Source: Macrostomum lignano
Taxonomy: Eukaryota
Direction: 5' to 3'
NCBI GenBank assembly: GCA_002269645.1
Contig: NIVC01004472.1
Coordinates: 1 to 44,851 of the forward strand
Length of the DNA: 44,851 bases
Shown piece by piece: positions 1-12,597 of the stretch. Made by a program: the position numbers and the translations under genes. How positions within the stretch are numbered: the first letter of the stretch is position 1; each line of letters starts with the position of its first letter. The notes beneath the pieces are model-generated. The model did no database searches. It was not told where the DNA came from and worked only from the letters and a program-made list of their open reading frames with translations.

Positions 1-3000
1 AGAATACAAGCTGTCGTTGTGCGACGGATACCACTCCTGATAGGTGAAGGGCTCACCGCTGCTCCAAATAAAGTCCTGAAATTTTTAATCAAAGAAAACT
101 TTATTGACAGAAAAGCAAGGTGCGCCAAGGTACGCTTAACCAAATTTCAAAATTTGTCTGTCTGACTTACATGTACATTTCTGGAGACGTTCCTATTGGT
201 TAACAACGTCCAGCAAGATGAACCGCCGGTCTGACTAATGGCACATTTCTGAGCAGAGAACGCGTGACTTTTTACCTGAAGGCCAATGTAGACGAACATT
301 TCTTCGGATGAGTACACCGTCTCACGCCAGGAGTTGTTCTGCAGTATCAGTTCCATTAAGTCCCGCATCTCGGCATGCGAGTTGATGCTCACAAGGTTAC
401 CGCCGAAAGATCGGCAGTTACTTTCAGCTCTGTCCCAAGAGATTGGCTCTGCACTCTTAAACAATTTGTAGCACGAGTCTGACCGGTGATGCCAGTCTTC
501 GGAACCAGGCACTGGGCAAGCGTCAGACGAGGGCTTTGACGATTGTTTTATTAGACGAAATCGGATTGAGAACCCCTGGTATCGGGGCTGAAGGGAGGCC
601 TTCATCGAGTTGTATGAAATCTTATTTGCCTGAAACATGATGTAGATCTCGTTTGACGAAAGCGTGTAAAGGTACGAGCCGCTGTGGCTTTTGCATTGGT
701 TAAGCCGTGCTTGAACTCGAGCTGAGACGCGTTCCATTATAGTGAGAAAACTGTTCGAACAAATGTCCAAATCAAATGTACTGAATTTGAATGAATAGTA
801 GCTGGATACGTTTACTGGACTGGTGTAGTTGAAAAACCACACTATTGGTTTTTCGTACTTTTCGTAGGGAAAAGGAAAACCTGGACTCTCGATGATGCCG
901 CATTCTTGCTCTACGGTGCTCTGGAGTGGCCTACCGATAGTGCCAATGTCGTTGTATGGAATGCGAGCCCGACACTCTGACTCCAGGTGCAGGGTCCAGA
1001 AGGTCGCGCAGAAGTCGCAGTCGGACTGCAGTGTCACCTCCGTATAATAGCGCTCATTAGCATACCGACGACGAATTGAGACGACCGACTCGCAATTGAA
1101 TTTTTTCATCAACGTTACTGTGCCATTTTCATGCTGCTCCGTTAGCGCCATCAGATTCGAGCTAGTAAACTTTGAGAAAGCAAGGAGTGGCTCAGTAGTA
1201 GTGATCTCTACAGTCTTGTTTCGCTTGCTGGCCACCTGCACCTCCGAAATAATACTCAAACATTCCTTGTAGTAAAACTCCTTGCGCGACTCAACTTCGC
1301 TGAGATCGATCATCTCGCACGGATAGGCGCCAATGCTATAGGTAAAGACATTTTCGCCCTGCCAGTCGTTGTCCTCAACATCCAGATCGTGGAAATAGTA
1401 CAGCAAAAAGTACACCTCGCTCCCCTGGCTAAGAACAGACACAGGCAGCGAGCTGGCGGAACAGAATGGGCCAATTTTTTTCTCTCCGATTGTTAAAGCG
1501 TCACGTTTCACCACGAACAGGCCCGTTTTGTTGCAGCTCTCGTCGCTGTATTTTCTGTCAAGGTCAAACGATGTAATATTCCAATAAACATGGCTAATAC
1601 CGTGAGTGCGAGGCGCGCCGATAAGCATTTGAGAAGTATGCAGCTGCATTGATAATTTTTGCATGTGGTCGATTAGATCAGAGTTTTTCAAATAGAACTC
1701 AGCTCCCTTACTAACGGGCAAATCCAAGTGCCCAGCGTAAATTTCCAAGTCTTCTGTGAATACTTCCAAGCGCACCGACTTTTGAAGCTTGTCACCAAAT
1801 GTAGCCACGTAGATCATCATCTCGAACGATTGGGTACTGATTGAGCCGGTCATTGTAACCGGGTCTAGAGGCACCGAATAGACATAACGTTCTTGAATGC
1901 CTAAAAGCTGTGACGGTGTTGTGCACAGGAACCTGTCAGAGAAGTAAACCATGGCTCCTGTTGATGTTGACACGGACGTTGTATTATCAAATAGTGATAC
2001 AGTCACCGTCGCGCTGAGCCTTCTACCAACTTCGGTGCGAAATTTAAACTCGTAGAAAGTGACAACAATATCGTCGGTTTGTTTGAGAGAGTAGCTGCAG
2101 CGTTGGTTCGGCTCCATTTCGTGTACCAGGATGCTCAGCGGTCGCTCCTGCGCATGGTAATAGTACGGCTGTCGTAGGGTTACCCAAAACCGTTCGTTAA
2201 TGCTGAAGTACTGAAAACTGAAGATCCCAGTTAAACGACTAAGGTCGTTGACGTAACGCACTCGCACCTTGTTAGCATTGATAATAAACTCTGGCCCGCT
2301 TTGAATTCCGCACATCGCTTTCGTATTGCTCGCATTCTCCGGCGCGTAATCGAATTCAAACTCCAGCCGGTCGTAGATGCAATTTGGTCCGGAATAGGGC
2401 AGACGAAATCGTTGAAATTCAATTCGAAGTACGTCGTCATGATTGACACCATTAATAGTCACCACGCAATCGCTTGATGAATTGGTGTGCAAAGCGGTCA
2501 CCTGCTGCGTGGTAGCTAGCATGTTGGGCTCGCCCTTGCACTCTAGTTTTATTGTTTCAGCCAACTGAGCCATGAAGCCCACTTTCTGAATCACGTGATC
2601 CGACACGAAGTTCAACCTGATACTGCCGGATTTACTAATGAAAGCAAAGTCGGAGCTGACGTTGATGTTGCCGCATCGATTGCCGCAGCATCGGACGCTG
2701 TAACTGGCATCGACAGCGTCCTCAATGATCAGATAGTCACGTATGCATCCTTCGGAATCTTCTATGTAGAATTTGCCAGAATTGAAGGTCAAAACTAGTT
2801 TTGAACCTGGCGTTACAGCTTTGATAACCTTCTGACAATGTCTGTTGGACGGATAAAAGTTCAAATTTCCTGGATCGACTGGTGTCCGTAACAGCAGGCT
2901 AGAGTAGCTCGCGTCATCAGGAATAACGCACATATCGACGCTGGAAAATATGGTGATGCGTTTTACTGAGCTGCTGTTACAAGTACCACTCGCAACTTTC
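1..3000 (-). CDS. Multi-CUB + C-type lectin extracellular protein or receptor ectodomain. Large exon ~3000..276, intron 275..76, next exon 75..<1; the gene runs off the left edge
   Basis: ORF 147..3041 has CUB motifs (KLVLTFNSGKFYIE...CIRDYL; FRLPYSGPNCIYDRLEF; CGIIESPGFPFPY...FSTFDLDICSNSFL) and a CTL start (CYKLFKSAEPISWDRAESNCRSFGGNLVSINS...YIGL). Donor CAG|GTAAAA at 276/275 and acceptor TTTCAG|GAC at 76/75 join in phase 0 to give YIGLQ|DFIWSSGEPFTYQEWYPS, completing the CTL core. The 5' boundary of the large exon is approximate. Confidence 0.85.
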
Positions 3001-3384
3001 ATAAGAAATCTAATGGTGACAAAGAATAAGCGAAAGCGCAATGCTACTTTTTAAACTGCTATTTGTAAATTAAATCACATCAAATGGGGTTTTAATGTAA
3101 ATAATAAATTTTCAAAATAGGAAGGAAATGTAACATTTCTTGATTTTTTGCTTTTTTGATCTCTATTAATATTCTGTAAACCCGTACAACATTTCGAAGT
3201 CCACCGACATTTCCGAAGAACCTGACGTTGATAGAAGTTGATGGCAAATGGACACTGATTGCACACTATGCTGATGGATGCCAGCGTTAGCAATATTAAG
3301 ACAAAGTTACTTTTATTTCGCAACTTACTTATCCTTTTCTCATCGGTTTTAGATACTTTTGACTAACGCCGCTTGACCATCTGC

Positions 3385-3850
3385 GTACCGACAAAGTACT
3401 CATTTGCCATTGCCGTCGAATTGTTGTACGAAAAATCTATGTCGATAAACTTCTGGTACCATATATTGGAACAACTACTTGAAGTAGAAAAAAACATTCT
3501 TTTGTCTTCATACAGCATGTATTAAGAAATTAACAGTTTTATAGCTTAAGTTAAAGTTCTTAAAAGAAAATTTATGTAAATTGCATGACAACTACGAATC
3601 ACCCCTGTTGTTTTTGAGTGAAAAAATCCAGTAAAAATCAGTAAGACACTTACTGATCGTTCTTGCCGTCAATCAGTAGGCTACTAGAGCCATTAAACTG
3701 GTTGCCAAGCCAACGCAGTTCCTTGTCCAGCGCTTCAGAGTCCATAGTATCCAATTTGGCTGCATTCATTAATGGTGCTTCTGGTAGTTGAAGAATCAGA
3801 AATAGTAAAATAAACATTTTCGCTGCTACGTCAATGCCTTTGAAGAGCAT
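3385..3850 (-). CDS. Probable upstream exons of the CUB/CTL gene, with a signal-peptide-like start
   Basis: MFILLFLILQLPEAPLMN...GKNDH reads up to a GTAAGT donor at ~3652. A second open segment CSNIWYQKFIDIDFSYNNSTAMANEYFV follows a TAG/AAG acceptor at ~3478. The link to the large exon is not resolved. Confidence 0.4.
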
Positions 3851-4803
3851 TTTTAGCTGCTCAAAATCAATTCACTGCGTCGAAACAGCTCAGTGATTTT
3901 CAACAGCCGCTTGTAGTTATAAATGGAACCAGAACTATACTATTTTGCATTTTGGTCACGCCTTGACGAAAGATATCAACTGATTATTTATCTTCCCTCC
4001 GAATGCATTCCACTGAAGCTCTCGTCTGGCATCCCGCTTCTGCATTGGCAAAGAAGGGTTTGAGCCGCGCTTATCGGCCAGAAACTGTGATTTCTGATAA
4101 AAACCAATTGCAAACCTTACAGTCAACTTCTTCCTGGGCCTGGAGTGGCCTTCTATTCACGCTCTTTTATCAAAATTTGTTATACTCTGTTGCCACCATG
4201 TGCAAATACAAACCATAGCCGTTTAGTAGTTCTATTTTATCAAAGAAGCAACTACTTCTTACTTTTCTACTTTAAGTAGCACTTCTCTCAAACATTGCTC
4301 TGTAAAGGAATTTAAAGACAAAGTTAAATTTACATCTAACTTGGAGAAAGTAATTATCACGATAAATAATTTACAACTATCTGGCATATAAAAAGGTTAT
4401 GCAAGTCCGTTGTGTCTTGTTCGAAAATGAACCAGGGAGCCGGAGCCAGAGACAGAAGCATGAAGTGAATGGGAATATCATCAAACCTATAATTTACGGA
4501 TAAAAGTACTGACAGGCTATTGCAAATTGGGTTGGAAATTATTATAGCGTTTCGCAGACTAGCAAGGCTTGCTGTAACACGATTTAAATGTGTAAAGGCG
4601 TGCATTAAACGCTAAAAGCGTGCTTAAACGGCTCGTCATCGCGTATTCGCTAGAGTCATTTAATACACAAGAAATATATATCGGATTACATTAATACTCA
4701 AAAATTGTTTTTTTCTGGCTTCAATGTCTATGGTTCCAAAAGCACGGACAAACAGTGTAACTAGAGTACGCCCATAGACAGCATATAATTCATTCTAATC
4801 TAG

Positions 4804-5225
4804 TATAGTATTTGTCATGCTATCTCAGCCTAGAGACATCCAAACTCAGCCAGCCCATCTCAACAGTGCGATTTTTTACGTAAGCCAGTCAAGTTTTACC
4901 ATAGACATGCTTCTTAAGGCCATGCTATCTCAGCCTGGGACATGCAATCTCAGCCACTTTTCAGATTCTTACTGACTTTTCTTGCTGCGTTCATTCATTG
5001 CTGTTTGTTGCCATTTCATGTCACGTTACAGAAATGATAGCATTGAGATCTGTTTGCAATTGAAATCTATATTGGCTGAGATTGCATGTCCCAGGCTGAG
5101 ATAGCATGGCCTTAAGAAGCATGTCTATGGTAAAACTCGACTAGCTCGAGCCAAAAAACGCATTGCGGAATGGGGCTGGCTGAGTTTGGATGTCCCTAGG
5201 CTGAGATAGCATGACAAAAGCTATA
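4804..5225. mobile_element. MITE (~420 bp) with ~145-bp terminal inverted repeats
   Basis: tttgtcatgctatctcagcctag...ttttaccatagacatgcttcttaaggccatgctatctcagcctgggacatgcaatctcagcc (4811-4955) is mirrored by its reverse complement at 5073-5218. TA dinucleotides flank the likely ends. Non-coding. Confidence 0.85.
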
Positions 5226-5460
5226 ACAACAACCACAACAACAACAATCAGGGTCTTTATCAGGGTCTCTAGAAGTCAGCGTCTTAGGGCACGCTTCTGG
5301 GCTTGCAAGAAGACCGCCGGCAGGGTGTCTGCAGCGTCAGTAACATGATATTTTGGCCTGCCAGCTGGAGTCGCCGACGGCACAACAGGTCGCTTGGACG
5401 GAACAGGCCAGCGCGACGATACAGTGTCGCATTGGTGACATGCTCGTCTTGTAAGAATCA
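5226..5460 (-). mobile_element. 3'-terminal fragment of a non-LTR retrotransposon (RTE/CR1-like RT C-terminus) with a (GTT)n tail
   Basis: Minus strand reads DEHVTNATLYRRAGLFRPSDLLCRRRLQLAG...LLTLQTP...QKRALRR*, the C-terminal signature of LINE ORF2 proteins as I recall them from Macrostomum. It is followed by a ttgttgttg tail at 5226-5248. Confidence 0.75.
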
Positions 5461-5743
5461 GTTGGATCCTCTACGGGCTCACAATAGTCTATTCGCTGAA
5501 TTTGAATTTAGAGTTGGGTGATGATGCAGACAGTGTAGACGGAAGCTGCTGTGGTGGACTTCGCTATTGTTGACAAATCAAATTCAGCTTTGTTGCTTGT
5601 TGAAAACTTGCTTGAGTGAAGCTAAATCTAAAACCAAATTATTAATCACAGACTCCTATGGACGCAATTGACAGTGTTATAATAATAATAATACGATGGT
5701 TTTCCATCGTATTAACGTCACGCAACTGGTGCTCAGTGCTGCC

Positions 5744-5746
<3 letters not shown>

Positions 5747-5782
<36 letters not shown>
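5747..5782. repeat. (CT)n microsatellite
   Basis: Pure tc run. Confidence 0.95.
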
Positions 5783-5784
<2 letters not shown>

Positions 5785-6832
5785 CTTTTTTGACTGGGCC
5801 AGCTTGCCACGACAAAAATATTGATAGAAAAATATAATGCTTGATTGATTGTTTCCGAACGTGTCAGCAGTTCAAACAGCTAGCGTGGCAGTACCCCAAA
5901 TATCTGGCACGCAAGCTTTGCATCAGTCAGTTAGTCAGTGAGGTTTCCCTGTTTGCTTGAAATCCTGGCACCTCCAGTAGTTGCTTGCTTCACGCTTGAC
6001 TCCAAACGAAGTAGAAAAAATCTGTTCAAAGGTTTGACTGCTCGAGATAATTGAGAATAAAGAGATAAAAGCAGATAAATCAAATAGTTTAAGAAACAAC
6101 TCACAATCTAATTTCTTGCAATTATTCATAAGCACAATATTTATATTAGATTGTGTAATAAGATTGCAGATAATCATATGCAATGCAATGCTCAGTCCAG
6201 ATTATAATATAATCATAATAAATAAGCACGAAATGCTGTTGTATTATGGAGCTGCAATATGGGTCAGAAATATCGGGTTACCTTGGTACGTGCCCGGAGC
6301 AAGACCAAGCGCCCCGAAAGCAGAATTTATGGAAGGGTACAGAAAACGCGTAAACAGTAATTTCCCTTCTTCTCGACAGAGACAGCGCATACCTATCGTC
6401 GCTATAGGATTACACTGCACTGACTTGGTTAAAGCGGTGGAGAAGCGAGAAAGAAAGTGGAAGAAAGAGAGCGGAAGAGGCGAAAGTTCAGATTCCATAA
6501 CTCCGTTAAAAATCTTTGTCCCCTGGCCCCACCACACATGCCCATTTGGTACTTCGATAAATCGGTTGGCCCTGAAGCTTTCAGCTGTTAAATGCTCTAT
6601 TAGTACTTTTTTGACGCAGTTGAAGTGAACCGAAAATATTTATTGAGGTCAAGGTTTTTTCCAACGAAAAAATTCTTGCATTCTTTTCTAATTGCTATGC
6701 GTACTCTTAACACTTAAAAGTGGATTGATTAAGAATCGAACATGCCTGACTTGGATGTTAAGTACACGAGAGTTATTAAACCACATAATTGTATCAGAAT
6801 GCAAAACTTGGCAATCCAATAGTCCCATCAGG

Positions 6833-6966
6833 TGTCAGGAAGGTCGCAAACGTGTGAGAGTCGGACAGTCATATTGAGTGTCAGGAAGGTCGCAAACGTG
6901 TGAGAGTCGGACAGTCATATTGAGTGTCAGGAAGGTCGCAAACTTGGGAGTAAGACAGTCATATTT
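6833..6966. repeat. 46-bp tandem repeat, ~3 copies
   Basis: tgtcaggaaggtcgcaaacgtgtgagagtcggacagtcatattgag starts at 6833, 6879 and 6925. Confidence 0.9.
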
Positions 6967-7551
6967 ATTTGTCAAAATGCACACGTTATAGTCAAGAACT
7001 CAAAAATATAAAAAGTGCAGCAGTTAGAGATAAATGCATTACAGAGCCAAAAAAAGATTTTGTTCAGACTGCGGAGTAGAAATCAAGCTTTGCTTTTCCG
7101 CATCAATGACTAAAATAATTAAATAATTATACCTACAGACAGAGAGTATATCCGCGACCTAAATTTAATTTTGTACAATCTAAAACATAATTATTATATA
7201 AAAATTGGCACAAGAAAGAGCTGGGAGAGACACTGATGCTCTGAACGATAGACAGTTTCGACTTTGGGAGGTGGCGGATCCCCCAATTCTCTGCACAAGA
7301 GACGAAAATTGGCTTTGTGGGTGTTGGGTGGAACTGAGGGATGAAGATAATTGCATTTCGCATCATTGCTGCATCCTGAGAAAATAAGACAAATGAGAAT
7401 GAACTATTGGATATATAATTGTATTATATATAGAGCGGGTTATATAAATTTATGCATGTATCCCAGACACGTAGCTTGGACATTTTGGAGAAAAGTGCAA
7501 ACAGCATTCTTCCCTAAGCCAAGGAGGACTTTAAAACCAGAATCTGGAGTA

Positions 7552-7930
7552 GGCGCCAGCACCAAGGGGCGCCAGCACCAAGGGGCGCCAGCACCAAGGG
7601 GCGCCAGCACCAAGGGGCGCCAGCACCAAGGGGCGCCAGCACCAAGGGCGCCAGCACCAAGGGGCGCCAGCACCAAGGGGCGCCAGCACCAAGGGGCGCC
7701 AGCACCAAGGGGCGCCAGCACCAAGGGGCGCCAGCACCAAGGGGCGCCAGCACCAAGGGGCGCCAGCACCAAGGGGCGCCAGCACCAAGGGGCGCCAGCA
7801 CCAAGGGGCGCCAGCACCAAGGGGCGCCAGCACCAAGGGGCGCCAGCACCAAGGGGCGCCAGCACCAAGGGGCGCCAGCACCAAGGGGCGCCAGCACCAA
7901 GGGGCGCCAGCACCAAGGGGCGCCAGCACC
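7552..7930. repeat. 17-bp GC-rich minisatellite, ~22 copies
   Basis: Unit ggcgccagcaccaaggg, nearly invariant. Confidence 0.97.
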
Positions 7931-8410
7931 ATTTACAGACTGTCTGTAAATGGAAGTTGGGGAGAATACTGGGTAATCTAGGTCGTAGTTCTTGATCTTC
8001 TTGTGTTTCTCCGTTATGACTAGATGATCCGCTAAATCTCCTGACTAGGCTGGGGGATTTGCAACAAGTCAATTCGGCACCGACCATGATTTTTTTCGGC
8101 AATATTTTGTCAGCCTCGGGCGGCAGATGATGAATTGGGGCTTTGGTTTGAACCTATAGATGCTTCGTTGGCTGCCTCCCGAATCCTGACAGGCAATTTC
8201 GGTTCCAGAAAAAAAAGGTAAAAAAAACAGACGACACGAAGTTGGTTTCACAGTGCAGTGCTTTTTGGAAGCCGAATAATGATGCAGTCCACTGTCTGCA
8301 GATCGCTTTTCTCTTTCAGGCTTTACAGAATTGCTATTGTGCTTTCTGGTGCAAAAATGTGGATAGTTATCTGAGCCTGGCGCATGAAAGCAAAGAAATT
8401 AATGGGCTTA

Positions 8411-9907
8411 CCTTTACCAGATATTGGTGTCCCTTTACCAGATATTAGTGTCCCTTTACCAGATATTGGTGTCCCTTTACCAGATATTGGTGACCCTTTA
8501 CCAGATATTGGTGTCCCTTTACCAGATATTGGTGAACCTTTACCAGATATTGGTGTACCTTTACCAGATATTGGTGTACCTTTACCAGATATTGGTGTCC
8601 CTTTACCAGATATTGGTGAACCTTTACCAGATATTGGTGTACCTTTACCAGATATTGGTGTCCCTTTACCAGATATTGGTGTCTCTTTACCAGATATTGG
8701 TGTCCCTTTACCAGATATTGGTGACCCTTTACCAGATATTGGTGTCTCTTTACCAGATATTGGTGTCCCTTTACCAGATATTGGTGTCTCTTTACCAGAT
8801 ATTGGTGTCCCTTTACCAGATATTGGTGTCCCTTTACCAGATATTGGTGTCTCTTTACCAGATATTGGTGTCCCTTTACCAGATATTGGTGACCCTTTAC
8901 CAGATATTGGTGTCTCTTTACCAGATATTGGTGTCCCTTTACCAGATATTGGTGTCCCTTTACCAGATATTGGTGTCCCTTTACCAGATATTGGTGTCTC
9001 TTTACCAGATATTGGTGTCCCTTTACCAGATATTGGTGTCCCTTTACCAGATATTGGTGTCCCTTTACCAGATATTGGTGACCCTTTACCAGATATTGGT
9101 GACCCTTTACCAGATATTGGTGTCCCTTTACCAGATATTGGTGTCCCTTTACCAGATATTGGTGACCCTTTACCAGATATTGGTGTCCCTTTACCAGATA
9201 TTGGTGTCCCTTTACCAGATATTGGTGTCCCTTTACCAGATATTGGTGACCCTTTACCAGATATTGGTGTCTCTTTACCAGATATTGGTGTCCCTTTACC
9301 AGATATTGGTGTCCCTTTACCAGATATTGGTGTCCCTTTACCAGATATTGGTGTCTCTTTACCAGATATTGGTGTCCCTTTACCAGATATTGGTGTCCCT
9401 TTACCAGATATTGGTGACCCTTTACCAGATATTGGTGTCTCTTTACCAGATATTGGTGTCCCTTTACCAGATATTGGTGACCCTTTACCAGATATTGGTG
9501 TCTCTTTACCAGATATTGGTGTCCCTTTACCAGATATTGGTGTCCCTTTACCAGATATTGGTGTCCCTTTACCAGATATTGGTGTCTCTTTACCAGATAT
9601 TGGTGTCCCTTTACCAGATATTGGTGTCCCTTTACCAGATATTGGTGTCCCTTTACCAGATATTGGTGACCCTTTACCAGATATTGGTGTCCCTTTACCA
9701 GATATTGGTGTCCCTTTACCAGATATTGGTGTCCCTTTACCAGATATTGGTGTCCCTTTACCAGATATTGGTGTCCCTTTACCAGATATTGGTGTCCCTT
9801 TACCAGATATTGGTGTCCCTTTATCAGATATTGGTGTCTCTTTACCAGATATTGGTGTCCCTTTACCAGATATTGGTGTGCCTTTACCAGATATTGGTGT
9901 GCCTTTA
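8411..9907. repeat. 21-bp minisatellite, ~71 copies
   Basis: Unit cctttaccagatattggtgtc with variants gtgac, gtgaa and gtctc. Confidence 0.97.
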
Positions 9908-10350
9908 GCATGCTAATTTAGATGACGTTGACTTTTACCAACCTAGAAATTATCAGTAAAAGTTTTTTATTAGAGATCCCCGCCATTGAACTTTCAGAAA
10001 ATGCAGGATACGATAACTTTACTTCAACTCTTTCTTCAGAATAACCGCGCTCACTATGCAGGCACAAGCCAGGGCTGTTCTGTTTATCCAGAATTGATTG
10101 AAAGATAATTTCTCTTCGCTTTTCTTTATGCCCGCCGCCTCTTTTAGATCGATACACTGCATGTCTTTTGTTGTGGCGGAAAAAAACCTCTGCGGACCTT
10201 GAATAGCTGGAATACAATCAAGCAATGAAGATTAAGGTTAAGGTATAGGTATAGCCTCGAAAGAACTCTAATGATAACTTTTTCTAGCTAGATAAAACTT
10301 CAAAAATTAACTGTACAATCTCCTGCGTCGAAGAGACGATGAGAAAAGTA

Positions 10351-10541
10351 GTAACAACGAGAACAACAAGAACAACGAGAACAACAAGAACAACGAGACA
10401 ACAAGAACAACAAGAACAACGAGAACAACAAGAACAACGAGAACAACAAGAACAACACGAACAACGAGAACAACAAGAACAACGAGAACAACAAGAACAA
10501 CGAGACAACAAGAACAACGAGAACAACGAGGACAACAAGAA

Positions 10542-10572
<31 letters not shown>

Positions 10573-10694
10573 AAGAACAACAAGAACAACGAGAACAACG
10601 AGAACAAAAAGAACAACGAGAACAACGAGAACAACAAGAACAACAAGAACAACAAGAGCAACAATAACAACAAGAACAACAAGAACAACAAGAA

Positions 10695-10725
<31 letters not shown>

Positions 10726-10766
10726 GAGAACAACAAGAACAACAAGAACAACAAGAACAACAAGAA

Positions 10767-10797
<31 letters not shown>

Positions 10798-10820
10798 AAG
10801 AACAACAAGAACAACAAGAA

Positions 10821-10851
<31 letters not shown>

Positions 10852-11130
10852 GAGAACAACAAGAACAACAAGAACAACAAGAACAATAAGAACAACAAGA
10901 ACAACTAGAACAACGAGAACAACAAGAACAACAAGAACAACGAGAACAACAAGAACAACAAGAACAACAAGAACAACACGAACAACAAGAGCAACAAGAA
11001 CAACGAGAACAACAAGAACAACAAGAAAAACAAGAACAATAAGAACAACTAGAACAACTAGAACAACGAGAACAACAAGAACAACAAGAACAACGAGAAC
11101 AAAAAGAGCATCAAGAACAGCAAGAACAGC
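10351..11130. repeat. AAC/AAG-rich 9-bp repeat
   Basis: gaacaacaa / gaacaacga units. Confidence 0.95.
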
Positions 11131-12329
11131 AGGAATAACCAGAACAAAAAGAACGAAAGTAAAAAGGCGGAAAAAACGAACAACAAGACCAAAGCAAAAG
11201 CAGAAGACCAAAAAGAAAAACGAGTCACGTTGGCTAAAAAAATTGCTTTCAAACGCTCTCTCGATGAGTACAGTGTAAAGAAAAGCACTTTCTATGCGTA
11301 CAGTTTTTCACTTAGGCTTAGGAAAATATTTGATGGCACTCGCAGCCGAATGAGAGCACCTCTCTGCTCTTCTCTCCTTTCCTTCTCTCTCTATAGTATG
11401 AGCACTTCTTTGGCTAGGAGTGGAGAGTGATAGAAAACTACTTAAAATAGATCGAAAGAAAACACTACGCCTTCTGGTGAAGAGTAAATATCGGATTAGT
11501 TTGTTATAAAAATGGTATAAATATTATCGTGTCCCTACATCGATACTGGCTGTGAAACTCTCTCGGCTAAAAGCACAGCTAAAACCCCATCTGATTCACA
11601 TCCCTCTCCAGGATTCGAGCCGCTCTGTCGCTCACTTGGCCAGGATTTCTTTAATAGTAGCGAAAAGGTAGGGAAGGGGATCTCTTGCAGCGTGTGACAG
11701 AGGCAGCTGGAGGGAAGCAGTTGGGGGGGGGGGGGGGTTGCAGCGACCTCCCAGGCAACATCCCGCAAATCTACGTGGGAGAGGGAGATTTTCGGATGCC
11801 AGTCTTCTTCAAACCAATTCTGCCAGTGCTTATGCGGGCTTAATACATTTTACCAAAGCCTGTTAATTTGTCTGGCAGTCAGTTGAATCCCTCCGGGTCC
11901 GCAATACTGCGCGGCCAAGCGTCTCCTCGCAACTTTCAAAAATTGTGTCTGGCGGATTTTATTTTGCTTCGACATATGCAGCTAACTATAAGCTCTGCTT
12001 CCCATTGTAATTTCCCGTCCCATGTTCGGTGGGGCGAAAATTCCCAAGTTACTGCTGCAACTACGGATAACGTGTTAGGTCTGCCTCAACTGTATAACTC
12101 GGATCCTCGCCCTGCTACGGCTGATGCGACACTGAGACAAGTAATTCATGTAGCTTTATAAGAGCTAGATAGATTAAAGTAAGCTAAGGAAGATTACGAA
12201 GGATTTAGTAAGGAGTGTACGGCTCGTAGAAGGTTAGACTAAGAGGGTGAAGAGGGTTAGACACCGAAGACGAAGAGTATTAGGACAGAAAGGCTGAGAG
12301 GGTTAGACACAAAAGACAGAGGAAGTTAG

Positions 12330-12597
12330 ACAAAGAGGCGAATAGGGTTAGACACAGATGCGAATAGGGTTAGACACAGAGGCGAATAGGGTTAGACACA
12401 GATGCGAATAGGGTTAGACACAGAGGCGAATAGGGTTAGACACAGATGCGAATAGGGTTAGACACAGAGGCGAATAGGGTTAGACACAGAGGCGAATAGG
12501 GTTAGACACAGAGGCGAATAGGGTTAGACACAGATGCGAATAGGGTTAGACACAGAGGCGAATAGGGTTAGACACAGATGCGAATAGGGTTAGACAC
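12330..12597. repeat. 22-bp minisatellite
   Basis: Unit gcgaatagggttagacacaga(g/t), ~12 copies. Confidence 0.93.

Noticed and set aside
3955-4105. Minus-strand peptide with dibasic sites (DKRGS...QKRDARRELQWNAFGGK), neuropeptide-precursor-like
   Set aside because: Only ~45 codons, no signal peptide, and I could not build phase-compatible splicing to any upstream exon.
6116-6628. 170-aa plus-strand and 97-aa minus-strand ORFs
   Set aside because: No recognisable motif, an AT-rich low-complexity start, and no supporting splice or promoter signals.
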